Below are positions 29,957 to 33,412 of a stretch of DNA of 33,412 nucleotides, in pieces. The stretch covers positions 18,738-52,149 of the forward strand of contig CALSCP010002383.1 in the NCBI GenBank assembly GCA_943704425.1, given 5' to 3'. The position numbers and the translations under genes were made by a program. The notes beneath the pieces are model-generated. The model did no database searches. It was not told where the DNA came from and was given only the letters and a program-made list of their open reading frames with translations. Every line of letters starts with the position of its first letter. Position 1 is the stretch's first letter. The DNA is from Ministeria vibrans ATCC 50519 (Eukaryota > Protista > Filasterea).

Positions 29957-30937
29957 TTATTCAAAGGGGAGGGCAATGCGACTCATCGCAACGGCGTTGA
30001 CAAACGAATCGGGGGGCGGAGAGTCCAAGGAGGGCTCCTCACCACTGGTCGCCACTGCATCGAACGACGTTGTGCTGTCGTGGCTAGACGGAGTGTGTTG
30101 ACCTTGTAACAGGAGAGGAGACATATTGATAATGGAAGCGGTGGGGTGATGGTGGGAAAAAGGAGAGTCACTGAGGGGAACAAAAGCCTCGTCGTCGTCA
30201 TCGTCGTTGTCGTCGTCGTTGTCGTCGGGTGCCGCCATGTTGGTCTCGTTGGGGTCACAATCACCGGCCTCAACAAGTGTCCCTAGGTCAAGCCGCGACC
30301 GCGCCGAGCTGAGGTTCACGGTGGTGAGGCGAGTCGCCAGACGACACAGCTCGGGAGTGACGCGAGGGCGCTCGTTCTCCGTTGCGCGTCCGCTCTCGTC
30401 CTTGTCGTCGTCTCTGTACTCAATTTCCTCGCGGGAAGGTGTTTTCAACACTGCAACAACGTTGAGGATGCCTGTTTCGTCCGGAAGGATCGCACGGCGG
30501 CGTCCTCGCCGTCTCGCCGCCTTTTGAGCGCGAAACATATTCAAATGTGGATCGTCCTCTTCGGAGTCGTCTGTGGAGCGGCGACGCTTGTGGCGGGCAC
30601 CGCTCCCGCCACAGTAGGCCAAGAGCGAGGTCTGACGCAGCGCGGGAGCGTCGTTCGCCCGGCTACTCAGTGGGGTTTCGTGTCGTGCTGACGACAGCAC
30701 TTGCGACGGCGCTAAAACCGACTGTGTGAGCGAGCTTTGTCGCGTTCGCACAGCCTCCATCCATTGCCCATTTATCTCTGCTGCGGCTGCTTCCCGCTGT
30801 TCACGTCGCCAATTCGGGCCACGCCGAGTTTTCTTTGGTGCACACAATGGTGACGCAGACGAAGTGGGTGCCCCCTCCTGCCGGTCCTCCAGCATCACCG
30901 AGCACACGCGCGACACCTTGGGCGTGGTGGGATCCAT
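29957..30937 (-). CDS. Hypothetical intronless low-complexity protein (326 aa), probably nuclear
   Basis: Long GC-rich ORF with ATG and stop in AT-rich flanks; basic clusters (PKKTRR, HKRRR, RRRGRRR) and acidic runs; no recognisable domain. Confidence 0.65.
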   Translation of the reverse strand: MDPTTPKVSRVCSVMLEDRQEGAPTSSASPLCAPKKTRRGPNWRREQREAAAAEINGQWMEAVRTRQSSLTQSVLAPSQVLSSARHETPLSSRANDAPALRQTSLLAYCGGSGARHKRRRSTDDSEEDDPHLNMFRAQKAARRRGRRRAILPDETGILNVVAVLKTPSREEIEYRDDDKDESGRATENERPRVTPELCRLATRLTTVNLSSARSRLDLGTLVEAGDCDPNETNMAAPDDNDDDNDDDDDEAFVPLSDSPFSHHHPTASIINMSPLLLQGQHTPSSHDSTTSFDAVATSGEEPSLDSPPPDSFVNAVAMSRIALPFE

Positions 30938-31392
30938 CTCGTACGAGATTGAACTAAAAGAGTGTCGACTGGCCGGACTGGCGGGTGTCGACTGTCGAGT
31001 GACAGTTCACGAGCGACGAAGTTCACGACTTTTCACATGAAAATTGTCTTTTTCTTCACATTTTGGGTCTCCCCAAAACACTTTTTCGTTGAGATCGAGA
31101 GGATACAGACGACTCCTTACACCTACAGACGCCTCGTTGTGTCTTGAGGCCAATGGTTGACGAGAGGCGCGAGATTTTGTAACCCGTGTGCGATAAAGTG
31201 ATAAGGTATGAGACCACGTCAGAATAGATAAGTCCCTGAAGAAATTAGTTAGTATAGTTACATTTAATCATCAATTTTCTTAAAAACTTACGCTGGCTTT
31301 TTAGTGTCTCACCCGGCAGCCCGCCACCGCTCTTCAGTCCTCACACTTAACACTAGCAGGTCTTTAGGACGTTGGAAACAGCGAAACGGACA

Positions 31393-33412
31393 ATGAGACG
31401 GTTATTGCTGCTCGTGCTCGTTTTGGTCCCACTCGGTACGGCCTCCTTGCTTGCTCGCCGCTTTCCCACATACCCCTACTGACCTACTCTACAGAGCCAT
31501 AAGCACTCGTCTCTTGACACGAAAACACTCGCAATGTTCTCGTAATGTCCTTTTTCTCTCTTTAGTGTGCTCAGCGCCCGTTCCAGCCACTGTCTTGTCG
31601 GGGCTGAATGCCCAGACATTGGCGGGCTCGTCGGTCCCTATGGGCCTCAGTGTCTCCAACAGCGGAACGGAAGTTGGTTACAGGTAGGAGAAAGCTTGTG
31701 AACGGTTCTTGGGGGAGATCCGACAGAAATGGCGCCGAATATTTCCGTGGCAAAGCAACCCCACGAGTGCATCCTGCATATATATGCAGTAATGGTGCGG
31801 ATAACTATAGTTGCGTCACGGAGGGGCGCTAGGTTATTCGTGCAGACACAAGACTACCCACCGACCCTAAGTTAGTCCTTAGTCCGAGGACTTTGTCGGT
31901 CTCAAAAAAGTGATAAGTATCATTTCATTTTTACTTGGGGCCAGCAATGTGCTGCTCTAGCGCCGTAGCCGTTGTGGCAAGGCGCTCTCCATTTGCCCGT
32001 AGCACTACGACACGAGCAACAGAGGGCGTTCGCCGGCTTCGAGAGCTTCGAGCGTCGTTCTCCATGGACCAACGACTGTCCGTTGTCTCTTTTGTGCTTC
32101 GTTCTCGTTTCGTTCCTGCACATATTTGCGCTTGCGAGCAGAACAATCCGCGGCAGTTCGAGGACAAAAGGACTGAGCAGTGTCTGTCGGAGCATTCTGT
32201 TATCTCTGTGACGAGATTAGCCCCGTCGTCGTCGACAGGAACGGTGGTGGACTGGTGGTGGATTCAGTGACAGAATCGCCAGCCTCTGCGGAAGAGACGC
32301 TGCATCTCGCTGTTCTTGCACGTTCTAAACACTCTCTGGACTCTCTGCACCGTCGCATTCGAGTGGGAAATGCTGTGAGCCCAAATTACGACAGGAGGAA
32401 AAAAAATAGAACTAATCCATATCTAATGAGTTGTTAGTCTCCCTTAGTCTTTTAGTCACTCCAAACCCCCACTCTTACCTAAGATCCATTACTCATACCC
32501 TTAATATGCGGCAACGTGGGGTGGAAAATGGCGCAACGATTACGTTTTGCGTTCTGCCTTTGTTATGATTTGTTAATGACTTTCTGACGTGGGAGCCTAA
32601 GGCGACACTGTGTTGTGAGATCCTTCTCTAAGTCTCATCTTCTGCATGTCCGTAGACCATTTCTCGACCTGGCCATTCCCACGGAGCAAATTACAGGAGT
32701 GTCAAGCCCGACTGCCTTTGGCGCTCCTCTCTCGAATGTGCGCACTCTCACGTTTGGCGAGACCCCATCGTGTCAGGACCATCCCTTTGCCTACGACACA
32801 AGCGGTGCTCCAGTCAAGGTAAGCAACGAAATCGAAGGGAAAGAGAGAACGAACGAAGCTGAGTCGCGTTTTCTGTCCACAGGTCTGCGCGCAAGACCTG
32901 ACTGTCCTTGTGATGCCTCTGCCCCTCACTGGCTTCGCGCCCGACATTGGTGCCATTGCCGCCTCGGTGAGCGGCACGATCTCCTCGACGCTGCCAGAGG
33001 GAACGGTCGTCGATGTGTACGGGCGCACTGGCTTTGGCAATGGCAACACCATCTCGACCGGCGACTACGCCTCCGATCCGTCCATCCTCAGCTCTCCCTC
33101 GTCCGATGTCACCACCTGGTCATCCATGTCAACAATTGTCAGCTCCATTGTTATCACGTACACGTACGAACCGACCGATCCATTGACCGGTTTGCCTTGG
33201 ACAAGCACCATGACGATGGAGGTGGACCTGGCCGTCGATAAGGAGATCACCAATGCAACCTTGTCCACGTACCTGCCGGCCCACGCTCAATTTATCGCGG
33301 CTGGTGCCGTCGTCGGCGGTGCGCACACCACGAACTTGCCTTCCACATCGGGCCCTTTCAACCAGCCCGACAGCGACCTGTCAGTCAACTTCCCCGGCAC
33401 CATTGTGGGCAC
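31393..33412 (+). CDS. Secreted/surface protein resembling bacterial DUF11/fimbrial-type adhesins, 3'-partial
   Basis: Exons 31393-31435 (signal peptide MRRLLLLVLVLVPL), 31566-31683, 32656-32818 and 32883->33412, phase-consistent and open to the window end. Beta-rich Ser/Thr sequence: SNSGTEVGYRPFLDLAIP...CQDHPFAYDTSGAPVKVC...LPLTGFAPD... Confidence 0.75.

Overview
Gene-dense, intron-rich eukaryotic (protist-type) genomic DNA. It uses the standard genetic code, and every intron I could model is GT-AG, often with degenerate donors. Splicing by hand gives 12 protein-coding genes: a 5'-partial ERMP1-like M28 peptidase (+), a DUF1647 glycosyltransferase-like protein (-), a CLC-6/7-type Cl-/H+ antiporter (-), SEC62 (-; not apparent in the ORF track), UBE4B/Ufd2 (+), a peflin/ALG-2 penta-EF-hand protein (-), a mitochondrial-type 2-Cys peroxiredoxin (+), an FBXL2/20-like F-box/LRR protein ending in a CaaL box (+), a DUF829/TMEM53-like hydrolase (-), a ~1,470-aa signal-peptide protein built from three tandem methyltransferase-like plus kinase-like modules (+), an intronless orphan (-), and a 3'-partial secreted protein resembling bacterial DUF11/fimbrial-type adhesins (+). 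There is an N gap at 2451-2965. The most interesting signals are the triplicated WbdD-like MTase-kinase protein, the intron-bearing bacterial-type adhesin, a dispersed AAACAAAGTGATA motif tied to (GA)n tracts in introns of several genes, and a telomere-like CCCTAATCC..TAATGC motif found sense-oriented in introns of three genes. Family assignments come from recalled motifs; no database searches were run.
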